Shown: one piece after another, positions 50,001 to 63,826 of the stretch
Position numbering within the stretch: the stretch's first letter is position 1
How the letters are laid out: every line of letters begins with the position of its first letter
NCBI GenBank assembly: GCA_038087875.1
Contig: CM075991.1
Coordinates: 5,642,001 to 5,706,000, forward strand
DNA length: 64,000 bases
From: Malacoraja senta
Lineage: Eukaryota
Direction of reading: 5' to 3'
Translations under genes and position numbers: made by a program
The notes under the pieces: generated by a model
Seen by the model: only the letters and a program-made list of their open reading frames with translations
The model's database searches: none
Told to the model about the DNA's origin: nothing

Positions 50001-52010
50001 TTGTGTAATTTGGAATAGTCTTATTACTCTTGCTGATAAAATTCGATTAAGTTTAAATTTCAGTAACATTATCTTATTATGTTTATCTGTAGTGGAATCT
50101 TTGGCATTATCTAACTCTAACTGTCTAATTTCTTGTTCTAACAGCATTTGTTCTGTCTTATTCTTTATATTTTGAAAAATTTGATATGAAATTATAATTC
50201 CTCTAATAAATGCCTTTAAAGTTTCCCATAATTAAGAAGGCGAAGGACCTGGTGTATCATTTGTCGCCAAAAAAAAATAATTTGTTGTTTTAAGTATTGA
50301 TAACCTTGTAAGTCATTTAAAATATGTGTATTAAACCTCCAAAAAAAGATTTTACCCGACATTCCCTCAAATTTTACTGAAAATGTCAACGGAGAGTGAT
50401 CAGAAATACTACTATTGTGGTATATTGGATTAATTGTATATGGCATTCATTTCATATCCACTAAAAAGTAATCAATTCTTGAATAAGTTTATGTACCGAA
50501 GAGTAAAACGAGTATTCCCTTCCTACTGGATTAGCAGATCTCCATACATCTGTTATATTAGTATTTTTTATATATGTATTTAGAAGTTCACTAGTCTTAG
50601 ATTTTAAATTACTCCTCCTTTGTTTTACTGATTTGTCTAAGTATGGATCTAACACACAGTTGAAGTCACCCCTATTATCACATTTTGGTAATTAAACTCT
50701 AATATGATATCTATAATTTTACCAAAAAAATTGGGGGTTGTCAAAATTCGGAGCGTAAATATTTATCATAGTTAGTGGGGTTGCATAAATTTCTCCCGAA
50801 TCTATAATATACCTTCCCTCTTTATCTGATATAGTATTCTTTAATTTGAAAGGTATACCTTTTCGAATATGAATAGCCGTACCTCTAGATGTGGAAGTAA
50901 ATGACGAATAGTATGTTTGACCTATCCACTTCGCCTTTAATCTCATTTGTGTTTGTTGTTTCATGTGGGTTTCCTGTAAAAACATTATGTCGCTTTTCAA
51001 AGATTTTAGTTGAGCAAAAATGTTACCCCTCTTTATTGGTTCATTGGCACCCGTTAAATTCCAACTACAGAATGTGATTCCTCCATTCTTTATTTGTCTA
51101 TCGTCTTGCATTATATATCAAAATAGTATTCCTGAATCATATGGTGCAAGCAAATACCTCAGAGTTATGGGTGTTGGGTGGTCATCCCAAGTTTTTAGAT
51201 TTATATTACATCTCCTTCTTGAAAAGTACCTTAATAAAAGAGAGAAAAAATGTGATATAAAGTTGAATACAAACAAAATAAGCAAATACAAGTCTTTCTA
51301 GTGATTTAAAAAAAATAGTGATGTTAAGGTATCTAACAAAAGATACCTTAAAGGCAAGTAGCCACCTAAGGTGGCGAAACATTTATGGACTTCCGTTGAT
51401 GTTGTTTTACATTGAGCTCCAATCCCTTAATAAAACCTCATAAAAAGCTACAGACCGTTTCATATCTTATTTATTCTTATTTAATTTTATCAAACTGGCA
51501 CCAGTGAAAACCGAAAACATTCAGAAAAATATATTTTAAAGAATATATATATATATATAAATATAAGTATATATGCCTTTCCAATTTATCTAACCTTAAT
51601 CTAGTCTAAACTTTACCATAAATGTCCACCCAAGATTCTTACGTAATTCTTACCCATCCTTTAACTGCCATATAAGCAGGTACCAAGGGGTTAAACAAAA
51701 CCTAATTCCTGGATCTTTTCCAGGTTTATGCTGCGCCTAACTCCTTCCCACACCAGAAAAGTAGGTTAGTAATGTTATAAACATTTTGCTTGGTTACTAT
51801 TTATAAGCATATATAATTTATAAGTATATATCATTAATATTAATTCATTTCCCTTTTTGAATATATAAAATCATAATTATATACACTCCCATTATCTCCT
51901 TCCCCGTCTCATGGTTTATTCATGATTTGTTCATTTTACTACATACATTCACGAGTAATTAGTATTATTAAATTTGTTAAAATAATTGGTTAATTATAAT
52001 TAGAATATAA
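47057..52010 (-). mobile_element. Decayed L1, paralog of 2906-8050
   Basis: Same ORF2 fragments; lacks the solo LTR and the (TA)40 run. Confidence 0.9.
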
Positions 52011-53079
52011 TGGTTAGATATTTTCTTAAATCAACAGTTTTTATATTCCAATTAGTATTATCTCGTTCCATGTCCATTATACATTCCCTCATTACTTCTG
52101 TATCTTCAACGTCAATTCAACGTCAACGTCAATCTTCAATGAGATGTTTTTTGTAGCCTCTTCCTGACCCTCCAATTGAACTTGAACTAACTTATCAATG
52201 GACTTATCAAAACTTATCAAAAGACTTGGAATCTGATGAAGAATATTCAGATGAAGATCAGATGTAATGTAAACAAATAAATTGGGGAAATAAATGATTA
52301 TATAAAGTTTTATTTTAATGTCGATGGTTTCACTGTTTATTTGGTCAAATTATTTAAACACTTGTGATCATGACGTGCTGGTGAATGACAGTGCGACAGT
52401 CCACCCACCCATCCACACATATAAACATACATGCATACATACACACATCCACACACATATCCATCCGTACGCACACTTCCGTGCATGCACACACATACAC
52501 ATACATTCACACATATATCCACACACACACACATCCACACATCCATCCGCACGCAGACGTACATGTACACATCCATGCATGCGCATACATCCACACACAT
52601 ACATCCATACATACATCCACACATCCATCCACACATCCATCCATCCACGTATACATACACACTTAAATCCACACATCCACAGATACACCTTTGATAGTTA
52701 ATAATAATAATACATTTTATTTGTACAGCGCATTTCTTTTTTTAAATTTTTTTTATTTTATTAGAAGTTAATACAATATAAAACAATACAGTGGCACATA
52801 ATTTGGGTGCCAACTATGTCATAACGTAATGCATTCTATGTACAACCTCTAGTTTTATGTTTTTGAAAAGGAGGTAAAAAATAAAAAATAAAAAATAAAA
52901 ACATAGAGAAAAGAAAGTGGAAAAATAAATAGTAGAAAATAGAAAAACGTGAAGTGTGTATATAAGAAAAGAAAAAATAGAAAGTAGAAATAGTAGAAAA
53001 AGACCCTTAAAAAAGAAAATTTCAAATCTTTGTTTGGAGATGTAAATCTATCCACGACCTGACCTGAAATCAGTAATCT

Positions 53080-56000
53080 TTACGGTACTGCTGCATCACA
53101 TGATTCCAAAAAGTCGATGAAAGGGGACCAACTCCTTAAGAATTGGTCATATTTATCTATTAGGCCGAGTCTCATTTCTTCAAGGTGTGCTATGTCCGTC
53201 ATATTCCTAATCAACATTTTAATAGTTGGTATAGCTGTATTTTTCCAAAATTTATGTATCAATTTCTTTCCAATTATTAACCCATAATTAAAGAATACTT
53301 TTTGGTCTTTGTTTAAATTGATATCTTCTAATATTATTCCAAATATAATCCATTCCATATTAGGTTCTATTCTTGACTTGAAGAGCTTTGTAAATATATC
53401 AAATATATCGCTCCAATTCAACTTTGTACATCCTACAAATGAATGTGTTATATTGGCATTTTGAAACAAACATTTATCGCATCTGGGAGAGACATTTGGG
53501 TAAAATTCATTCAACCTCGTTTTTGAATAATATATTCTATGTAATAATTTAAATTGAATTAAATTATGTCTTGCATTAATGGAACAATTATGTGTATTCA
53601 TCAGATACTTTTCCCATCTATCTTTCGGGATCTTTAATATTAGTTCATGTTCCCAATCTTCTCTTAGTGCCTCTGTTGAGGGTAATTCTCTATTTAATAT
53701 ACTATTATAAAAATATGACATTAGTTTTTCTGAATCAGCCTTAATATTCATTGCTTCTTCTAAAGGGTCTAAAAATATAGTTTGAAATCTATGTATATAT
53801 TTCTTCATAAAGTCACATATCTGTATATATTTAAAATATTGATTATCATTCAGTTTAAATTTTAATTTTAATTGTTGAAATGATAACAATTTGCCCAGTT
53901 CATACATATCTCCTACTTTCCTAATCCCTAATCTATCCCATTGTTTATATGTATTGTCGATAAGAGATGGTTTGAATGCAGGATTATTCAGAATTGGGGT
54001 TAATACTGATAGATTATTTAATTTCAAGGATAATTTTATTTGTTTCCAAATTCTTATTGTATTGTGAATAATTGGGTTCTTCTTATATATTATACTATTC
54101 AATTTTATTGGTGAGAACAAGATCGTTCCTATATCGTACGGGAAACACTCGTCTTTTTCCATTCTTATCCACTCCGACGGGTGAGTTGAACTATCCAACC
54201 AGTACATTATGTTCTTAATATGCACTGCCCAGTAGTAATACGTAAAGTTAGGTAGTGATAAACCCCCAGCTTCTTTAGGTTTACACAAATGCTTTCGTTC
54301 AATTCTGTGTGCTCTATAATCCCATATAAAATTAGTGATATTAGAATCTAGTTTTTTGAAAAAATATTTCGGAATATATATTGGGATCGCTTGAAACAAA
54401 TATATTAATTGTGGTAAGAAAGTCATTTTTATAGCGTTAATTCTACCTATCAATGAGAGTGGGAGCGTTTTCCAAAATTTAATCATAACATTCAATTTAT
54501 TTAATAGTGGCATAAAATTGGCGCTAAATAATGATTTGTGTCTTCTCGTAATTTGAATACCTAAATACTTGAATTTTTCTGTTGCAATTTTGAAAGGGAA
54601 TTTTAATAAGTGTCTCGCATCCTATGGTTTTAAAGACATGATTTCGCTTTTATTCCAATTTATTCTATATCCTGAAAAAGAACCAAATTCCTCAATTAGT
54701 GTTAATAAGGTGGGAATACTCGTTTGTGTATTAGTAATATATAAAAGAATATGATCAGCATATAATGAAATTTTATTCTTTGAGTCCTTGGTGTTATATC
54801 CGTGAATATTCGGATGATTTCTAATCCTTTCAGCCAGCGGTTCTATCATAAGGGCAAATAGCAATGGTGATAAGGCACAACCCTGCCTATTACCCCTTGA
54901 TAAATAAAAATTTGAAGATAACATATTGTTAGTTAATATTCTTGCCGTAGGTTTATCATAAAGTAGTTTAACACATCTAATAAAATTTTCTCCCGTATTA
55001 AATTTTTCGAGTACCTTATATAAATACTGCCATTCTACCTGATCAAATGCCTTCTCTGCATCCAGCGTAACGACTGAAATATCTTCAATGTCCTCTTTGT
55101 GAGAGTTCATTATATTGAAAAGCCTTCTCAAGTTATTAAATGATTGTCTTTTGGGTATAAATCCCGTTTGATCCGGGTTTACCAATTTATTAATATAATT
55201 ATTCAGTCTTCTTGCTAGAATCTTTGCTAAAATTTTCTGATCCGTATTTAAAAGTGATATAGCTCTGTAAGAACCCGGTTCATCTAAATCTTTATCTTTT
55301 TTGGGTACAAGCGTTATTGTTGATTCTGCTAAAGTTTCTGGTAGTTTATTTTCGGTATACGCCTGCGTGTATAAATTGAGTAATCTTGGTACAAGTGACT
55401 CCTGAAAGCGTTTATAAAATTCATTACTAATACCATCTGGTCCTGGGGTCTTCCCAATTTTCAATTAGTTTATTATTTGTTTTATTTCTTCACTAGTAAT
55501 CCGTGCTCCTAATTCCTCTTGTTCTAAACGATCCAATTTAGGGAGGTTGCAAAGATCTAAACAATTTGTAATTTTACTATCATCTGTATTTATTTTAGTT
55601 GTGTATAAATTATGATAAAATTGGGCAAACCTTTTATTAATATCCTTTGGTAATGTTAGAAGCTCACCCTTATCAGATTTAATTTTAGTGATAGTATTTG
55701 CCTTTTCTTGTTGCTTCAGTTGCCTCGCTAATAATTTATGTGGCTTATCCCCAAATTCGAAGTGTGCCTGTTTTGTAATTTGGAATAGTCTTATTACTCT
55801 ACCCGATAATATTCTATTGAGTTTATATTTCAATAAGGTTATCTTATTATGTTTATCTATAGTTGGGTCACTTGCATTGTCCAGTTCTAGTAATTTTATT
55901 TCCTGTTCTACCCTCTGAAGTTCACTTTTATTTTCTTTATTTTGATAACTTTGATAAGAGATTATAACACTGCGAATGTATGCCTTAAAGGTTTCCCATA

Positions 56001-56883
56001 ATAGCGATACAGAAATACCCGGCGTATCATTTGTCTCGAAAGAAAATGGTGTTTCTTCTTTTATATACTCATAACCCTGCGGGTTATTTAATATTTGTGC
56101 GTTGAATTTCCAAAAAGATTTTATACCCGGCATTCCCTCGATTTTAAGTATAAAAGTCAGTGGTGAATGATCGGAAATAATACTATTATGATATGATGGT
56201 TTAATTGTATACGGGATTAATTTTGTATCCACTAAGAAATAGTCAATTCGTGAATAAGTTTTATGAGGCGACGAGTAAAACGAATATTCCCTTCCAATTG
56301 GGTTTGCTATTCTCCAAACGTCAGTTATGTTATTATTTTTTATATAAGTATTTAAAAATTCACAGGTCTTAGTTTTAACTAGACGCTTCCCTACCTTTAT
56401 TGATTTATCTAAGTATGGGTCTATAACACAATTAAAATCTCCCCCCATTATAATATTTTGATAATTATGCTCTGCAATTATATCTAGTATTTTCATAAAA
56501 AATTGGGGATTATCAAAATTAGGCGCATAAATATTTATCATAGTTAATGGTGTATTGTAAATTTCTCCCGTGACTATAACGTATCTTCCCTCTTTATCAG
56601 ATATGGACTTCTTTAATTTAAAAGGTATACCTTTCCGAATTATAATGACCGTGCCTCTTGCTTTAGAAGTGAATGAGGAGTAGTAGGTTTGACCTATCCA
56701 GTTTGCCCTTAATCTGATCTGCGTTTGTTGTTTCAAATGCGTTTCTTGTAGGAAAGCAATATCAATGTTTAATGATTTTAATTGTGCCAGAATTTTACCC
56801 CTCTTAATTGGCTCATTCGCACCTCTAATGTTCCAACTACAAAAAGTGAGACCTCCGGTGTTTATTCGACTATTATCTTGCAT
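53080..56883 (-). pseudogene. L1 ORF2p, single reading frame of 1268 codons with two in-frame stops
   Basis: TAA at 55465-55467 and TAG at 54622-54624, no frameshift; catalytic YADD is YADH. Confidence 0.9.
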
Positions 56884-57798
56884 TGGCTATTATTACCAGA
56901 ATGTATAATTCATGTGATGCAGCCAAGTACCTCGAAATCCCGAGTCCAGGGTTGTCCTTCATAATTTCTGCACTAGTTTTACATCTCCTGACACTATTAA
57001 ACATAATTAAGGGAAAAAGAAAAACATAAAATGAAGTGTTCATAAAGATTGTTAAATCATACAACGCATAATAGTGAATAAACAAAAAAAGTGAATGTAA
57101 GTTATCAAAAAGGCGATATCTTACAAAAAAGCCACCTACGGTGGCTAAGATTTGTTTTAAATTGACCTCCGTCGATGGAATTATGCACTGGGCTTTGTCC
57201 CCCTAGTAAAATATCATCCAACATTAGTTGGTTTCCTCCACATAACCAAAATTATCATGTCAGGTCGATTAATAGCCAAAAAATTTAAAATAAAATAGAA
57301 GAAAAGCTAGAAGATTTACAATAAAATAAAATATAATTATTATCGTCATTAATCAGACTTTTCATTAGCCTGTATGTTAGTTGATTCGTAATTAGTATTT
57401 AGAATATCTGTCTAACCTCCCCCATCCTTCCTACTATATAGTTAGTCATGTTAGTATAATACATTAAACCTTTAGGGTTAATTTAGTTGATTGCGTATAT
57501 ATAATTAATTAGTTAGTTAGTTATATGCTGTATATCTAAATAATAGATCATATAGTACTAAGACAAAGGCAGACCAACAAGACTGTTATAAATTCAAAAA
57601 AGAACAGTCAATAAAACTCAGGGCTGAAAAACTTGGCGCAGAGCCTGCGACCTTGAACTTTCCATCTGTTGAGCCTCAGTTTTTCAATTCAAGATAAAGT
57701 TGGGACTCTGTTATTAAAAAACACATTCTGGCCAAATAAGTATGTCTGAAAACCGTCTAAACAAAGTAAAAAACAAGTTCAGCCGGCGTAGTGTCTCG

Positions 57799-58914
57799 TT
57801 ATTCTTTTCCTTGAATTTTATTTAAAATCTCCTGGGCATATTTGCAAGCTGAATCCGGATCCGTGAATGAACGTTGCTTAGCATTGTACGTAATTAACAT
57901 TTTAGCAGGGTAGATAACTCCGTAACGAACTTCAGAATGTCCTTGTACGATACTGCTTGCACTTTTAAACTGGCGTATTTTTGCCAGTATTTCCCGAGGG
58001 TAGTCTCTGTAAAATCTAACAATATTATCAGCGAATGTAAGATTTTCTCCATAAGATATCTTGTTTAATAAATTTTCCAAAGTCGAAATGTCTAAGAACT
58101 TTACAATAATTTGACGTGGTGGAGCATTCGCTCCTCTTTGGAAGCGACCAACACGATGAGCCACATCTATCTTTGGTTTTTCTGGCAGTTTGAAAACATC
58201 TTTACGTAAATTAGTGATAAAATCACCCATTTCAGAGCCGTGCTCTGCCCCCTCTTTAACTCCTATTATTCTCAAATTCTGCCTCCTTGACCTGGCTTCC
58301 AAATCTTGACATTTCTCATTCAGTTTATTCGTCAGCTCCCAATTCGCGTCGTGTTCTTTTTTCAAACCTGTTATTTCCTGGCCCATCTGCTGCATTTCAC
58401 CCTCCATCTCTTCCATCAATTTTTCAGTCTTTGTTAATTGCTTCAGCAGGGAGTCATGTTTATTGTTATAATCTCTCTGCATTCTTTCCAATTCCTTAGC
58501 AGTCCTCGACTCCAAATCTTTGAACTGCTGGTTCAGGGATACGTAAAGTTCCTTTAATTCTCCACAGCTAGTGTCAATTTTCTCAGAGAGATTATCCTCC
58601 ATTGAAGAAAAATTGTTCTGCATTCTGGAATTCATTTTAGCAAATTGCTTCTGAAGATCTTTAGTAATGTCTTTAGTAATATTAACTCTTACCGATGCTT
58701 CCCAGCTTTTCATTTCTTTCTCCCTTTCTTTTAACTCTTTTGTTTCAGCACTTGCAGCCATTTCGACTGTTGGTTGTTGAGATTCTAGCTCCTCTTCCAA
58801 ACTTTCAAATGTAGATTCAGGAGTGGTTTCAAGCTCATCCAGAGCTTTTTGGAGCTGGAGCTGGAGACTGATTGTAGTCTTCTTGGGTCCTCTCTGACCT
58901 CTTCCCTTTTTCAT
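57799..58914 (-). CDS. L1 ORF1p (coiled coil, RRM, CTD), open, 371 aa
   Basis: DLEARSRRQNLRIIGVKEG, AHRVG, PRQIIVKF and YPAKM motifs. Confidence 0.9.
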   Translation of the reverse strand: MKKGRGQRGPKKTTISLQLQLQKALDELETTPESTFESLEEELESQQPTVEMAASAETKELKEREKEMKSWEASVRVNITKDITKDLQKQFAKMNSRMQNNFSSMEDNLSEKIDTSCGELKELYVSLNQQFKDLESRTAKELERMQRDYNNKHDSLLKQLTKTEKLMEEMEGEMQQMGQEITGLKKEHDANWELTNKLNEKCQDLEARSRRQNLRIIGVKEGAEHGSEMGDFITNLRKDVFKLPEKPKIDVAHRVGRFQRGANAPPRQIIVKFLDISTLENLLNKISYGENLTFADNIVRFYRDYPREILAKIRQFKSASSIVQGHSEVRYGVIYPAKMLITYNAKQRSFTDPDSACKYAQEILNKIQGKE

Positions 58915-59125
58915 CCGATTTTTACCGGTAAAATCGTTTTAAATCCCGATTCCACCGGCACCGTCTGATGACATCAGTACCCACGAGGTTCAGCAATCCC
59001 GGTAAGAGTTTTTAAATCGATCCTGGCGTAGGAACCGAGTTTATACACGATTTGTCGGGAGCAGAGCTCTGTGCAGCTGTCTTACTGCTTCATAGCAGCC
59101 ACCGGAAGTCCGTACAGCGCATTTC

Positions 59126-60290
59126 AAGGACTCAAAGTCGCTTTACATGGAGAGTCAAGAACAAAATATAATAGAACAAAATAGGGCAATAAGACAGAGA
59201 TGAAAAGGAGAGGGGGACATGGGACTAAGGGTATGCCGAGGTGAAGAGATGGGTCTTGAGGCGGGACTGGAGGATGGTGAGGGACTCAGAATTTCGGATC
59301 AATTGTGAGAGGGAGTTCCAGAGCCTGGGAACTGCCCTGGAGAAGGCTCTGTCTCCAAAAGTGCAGAGGGTGGATTTCGGAATGGAGAGGAGACCTACTG
59401 ATATGGATCTGAGGGACCGAGAGGGTTGGTAGGGGGAGAGGAAGTCAGTGAGATAAGGGGGGGGGGGCAAGTGGTTGAGGGCTTTGTAAATGAGGACCAG
59501 GATTTTGTAGATGATCCGGTGGGAAATGGGAAGGCAGTGAATTTCTTTGAGAACTGGGGTGATGTGGTGCCAGGATTTGGTGTGGGTGATGAGTTGCGCG
59601 GCTACATTCTAGAACAGTTGGAGTCTGTTGATGTTGCTGGAATTAATGCGAAAGAGAAGAGAGTTACAGTAGTCCAGTCGGGAGGAGATGAAGGCATGGA
59701 TGAGTCTTTCAGCAGCGGGGGGTGTGAGAGCGGGTCTGATTTTGGCAATGATGCGGAGGTGAAAAAATGATGTCTTGATAACATGGCCGATGTGAGGCTC
59801 AAGGGAGAGTGTTGAGTCAAAGATCACGCCAAGGTTGCGGGCCTGAGGAGATGGGGAGACATTGGTGCCGTCAAATGTGAGAGTGGTGTTGTGAATTTTG
59901 GTAAGTGTTGATTTGGAGCCAATGAGGAGAAATTCTGTTTTGTTACTGTTTAATTTAAGGAAGTTGAGTTGCATCCAAGATTTGATGGCTGACAGGCAGG
60001 AGTTGATATGGGAGAGAGGGGGTGGTGGGAGGACTTGGTGCTGAGATAGATCTGGGTGTCATCAGCATAGCAATGGAAGTCCACATTGAAGTGACGGAGT
60101 ATATGACCATGGGGGAGGATGTAATGATGAAGAGGAGGGGACCGAGAACGGAGCCTTGGGGAACGCCTTGAGTGACAGTGGCTGTGGCAGAGCTGTGGTT
60201 ATGGAGAGAGATGAAGTGGGATCGGTTGGAAAGGTGAGGAACGGAGCCAGCTGAGAGCAGAACCTTCGTGCCAAGGTCTTTAAGTCTGGT
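59126..60290 (-). mobile_element. L2 LINE, paralog of 11418-12600 (extreme 3' tail left at 52698-52736)
   Basis: GVPQGSVLGPLLF and LIHAFISSRLDYCNSLL motifs. Confidence 0.85.
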
Positions 60291-60834
60291 AAGCACAGAC
60301 ACACACACAAACTAGATACTCAAACAAAGCAACACTTTTAGGGTTATTTTAGGTTAAAGGTAATAGCCCTCATTTGCAAAGGCACCATCGGTGGGTCTCT
60401 AACATAAATATAGGCTCATTGTAGCTTAAAATGAATACTCATCGAGAAAACATCAGAGCATTCGATTCTTGGTCAGGATTGACATTTATATCAGAAATCA
60501 GACAGGTCTCTTACAGGTCTGTCACCCAGCCTGGCACTGCCCCAGTCCCACTATGGCAGTTAACCCTACACTCCACACTATGGCAGTCAATGGGGTTCAG
60601 TAAACGGGGTAACACAGAGGATCTGCCCTGACCCTTAAATTAGGCAGGTTCATGAGCCCTTAAAACCTGGGACCTCTGCTGCAGTCTCATTAAATTTCCT
60701 ATTAAAGCGACAGGAAGATGCCTTGCAGGACTGCCCCCCAGCCTGGAACTGCCCCAGTCCCACCATGGCCGCGACCCCACCTCTGCACAATGGCAGTCAG
60801 TGAGGTTCTGTAAAGAGAGGAAACCACAAGAACT

Positions 60835-61818
60835 GTGTTTTTATTCCTTTCCACTTCAACTGTTCTATTAAAAAGATATGGAATAATTCCCACGTGGGTG
60901 TTGAGCACCATTCCGCAATTTCCAACCCCGGAAGGTTCAACGTCACCAGAATGTGACGGGAATGGGGAACAGAAGTTACCTTTTCTTCCTTCGGGGGCAT
61001 CACGTACCCGTGACAATCTACCACCTTAACATCCTCATCACAGAGGGTTGGGCTCACGGCAGTTGTGGCTCTGGATAAGGGAGTTGACCATCTATTTAAC
61101 CACACCATGCCACCTTGATCTCCACATACTACAGTAATGGGGTCTTCGGAATTACTTTGATTTATAATAAACCGCATTTGTCTCTCTCTCCTTTGATCCC
61201 CAGGGAGCCCCAAACACTACAATTCCAGCAATTCCACGCAACATTTTTGCCCTTCACATTGCACCGCTTCCTCTTCCAATAATGTAGCTCAATTTGTGCA
61301 AGTGACTGTATTTACATCATTAACAACTGTATTCATTCCATCAATTTTCAGTTAGGGTTTCTGATGATTCAATGTTGTGCCGTTGGAGCACTCTTGACTC
61401 CAGCCTGATGCATGCATTATGTGAAACCCTGTGAAAATAAAAACAAATCCAGACCCTTGCCAGTTGTGGTAGTTCAATTCTTCCTTTATGGTTTATACTG
61501 TTTCTACTGAGTTCAATGTTTCCATTTAGCAGTCCTATTCATGTCAACGAGAAAAGATATTTCACCTTACAATTTAACACCATGTTGCCCACCCACCAGG
61601 GCTGGAGAGCAGCCCATTCCGGGAGAATTCTAACCATTACCTGATTTCCGTTCTTCGACCTTTTAGCTTAAATGCTTACTTTTCCTTTTCCTAATATTTG
61701 ATCCTCTACTGAACAAATAACTCATAATGAAGTTGAAGACATTTATTTACTAACTCTTGGATGTACCCAATATTATTCCATTTCCATTGCAGGCATGTGC
61801 TCCTATCGTTTTTATATC
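60835..61818 (-). mobile_element. ERV integrase-end and env 5' remnant, paralog of 13450-14430
   Basis: ORF 60797-61213 is nearly identical to 13374-13826. Confidence 0.6.
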
Positions 61819-61819
61819 T

Positions 61820-63455
61820 TCAGTAGGTGGATAACTCACTGATATACAGAGAATTGTGAGGTGTTGCATTTTGGGACGTCGAACAAGGGCAGGACATACA
61901 CAGTAAATGGTAGGACTCCGGATAGTGTTGTAGAACAGAGGGATCTAGGAGTACGTGCATCGTTCCTTGAAGGTCGAGTCGCGGGTAGATAATTTGGTCA
62001 AAAAGGCTTTTGGCACTTTCGCCTTCATCAGTCAGAGTATTGAATATAGAAGTTGGGAGTTCATGTTGCAGTTGTATAAGACGTTGGTGCGACCGCATCT
62101 AGAATATTATGTTCAGTTCTGGGCACTATGTTATAGGGAAGATATTGTCAAGCTTGAAAGTGTTCAGAAAAGATTTACGAGGATGTTGCTAGGACTGGAG
62201 GGTGTGAGTTATAGGGAGAGGTTGAGTAGTCTATTCCATGCAGAGGAGGAGGATGAGGGGTGGTCTTATAGAGGTGTACAAAATCATGAGACAAATAGAT
62301 CGGGTAGATGCACAGAGTCTCTGGCCCAGAATAAAGCTATCGATTGCCAGAAGACTTAGGTTCAATGAAATGATTTAATAGTAATCCGAGGGGCAACTTT
62401 TTCACACAAAAGGTGGTGAGTGTGTGGAGCAAGCTCGCAGAAGAGGTAGTTGTGGTTGGGACTATCCCATATTTTAAGAAACAGTTAGACAGGTTAGTAC
62501 AGATTTGGAGGGATAGGGACCAAGCGCAGGTTAGTCAAATCGGCAGAGCGGTGGCAGGTGAAGGAGTGAGTGAGTTTATTGGCTGAGGAATGTAATTACC
62601 AAAAAATGGTAAGTTTGCGAATTGGTCAATTTATCAGCTAATATAAGCAAGGCTTGCTCTAGGGGAGCGGCCTGTCGGGAAGCCGCCTTGTCGAGCGAAG
62701 TACCTTGTGAGAAAAGTGCGAGACTTTTGGATCGTGAGCCTTGTGAGAAAAGTACGAGTTTTGGCTCGAGAGTCTTCATCGAGGAGGCTGAGTCGCAGAG
62801 AAGAAATGACAGGTACGCTGATTCAGTGCGATGCTTGCACGATGTAGGAGGATAGGGACACTGTTGGTACTTCTGGTTGTTACAAGTGTGGAAGTGTTCT
62901 GGTTCAGCTCCTGAAGGACCGTGTTGGGGTACTGGAGAGGCAACTGGATGAACTCAGGATCATCCGGGAAAACGAGAGTTTGCTGGACAGGATATCCAGC
63001 GAGATCGTTACACCGAAGGTACCGGAAGAGAGAAGGTGGGTGACGATGAGGAAGGGAAGGAAGCTGGAGAGTATAGGAAACCCCGGGGGATGTACCTCTT
63101 GAAAAAAGGTTCACCCTCTTGGAAGCTGTCGGGACAAAAGACACTGTCATTCTGAGTGTGGAACAGGTCTGCGAGTCAAAACGTAGCGCTGAAGCAAAGC
63201 CGAAGTGACAGACGTCAGGCAGAGTAGTCGGGGACGATCGCGAGAGGTGCCAAGAGAGCCAAATTGGAAATATAAGAATGGAATTAAGGAGAAAGAGAGT
63301 ATAGGAAAAGTTAAGAAAGTCACCAGAATTAACGGGGCAGTGAGCACACAAAGGGATAGGAGAGTATGACCAAGTGAAATAGGAATCGATGTGACATGTG
63401 AGGTGAGTAATGGATTAAAAGTAGTATATATGAATGCGCGAAGTAAAATAAGTAT
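61820..63455 (+). mobile_element. CR1 fragments, paralog of 14434-16072
   Basis: Near-identical ORFs. Confidence 0.8.
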
Positions 63456-63826
63456 AATAGATGGCGCGGCCGGTTCCAGTCGCCGGAACCTCCTGAAGAA
63501 CCGCCCTCTCAAGATGGCGCGGCCTGGTCCTGTTGACGTCGTGGCAGCTCCGCGGAGATTGTGCGTTTTTTAAACTAGTACTTTTATTTTTAATATCTTT
63601 CAGACTAATAACACATCAGCACTAACACTCTCCGATCGTAAAACACGTTTAAACTTATACTTTAGAATAACCCATTTTTTTGTAGACACTTTATTGACCG
63701 ATCCAGCATGGCCGGCAGAGATCATGAGAGCGATCCGCGGCAACAACGATGGGAGCGCGGCTCCGGGAACAAGTCGGAAAAAAACATTGAGGTAAGCGGG
63801 AGGAGATTCGGAACAGGGAAAAAGCT

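Larger units (their letters stand above)
52737..59111 (-). mobile_element. Full-length young L1 (6375 bp) inserted in the L2 3' end
   Basis: 14-bp TSD GTACAGCGCATTTC (52723-52736, 59112-59125); 5' end GGACTTCCGGTGG; A-rich tail; empty site at 11442-11460. Confidence 0.95.

Noticed and set aside
57125..57146. Rho-independent terminator-like hairpin plus T run on the minus strand
   Set aside because: It lies inside a vertebrate L1; treated as part of the conserved spacer structure.
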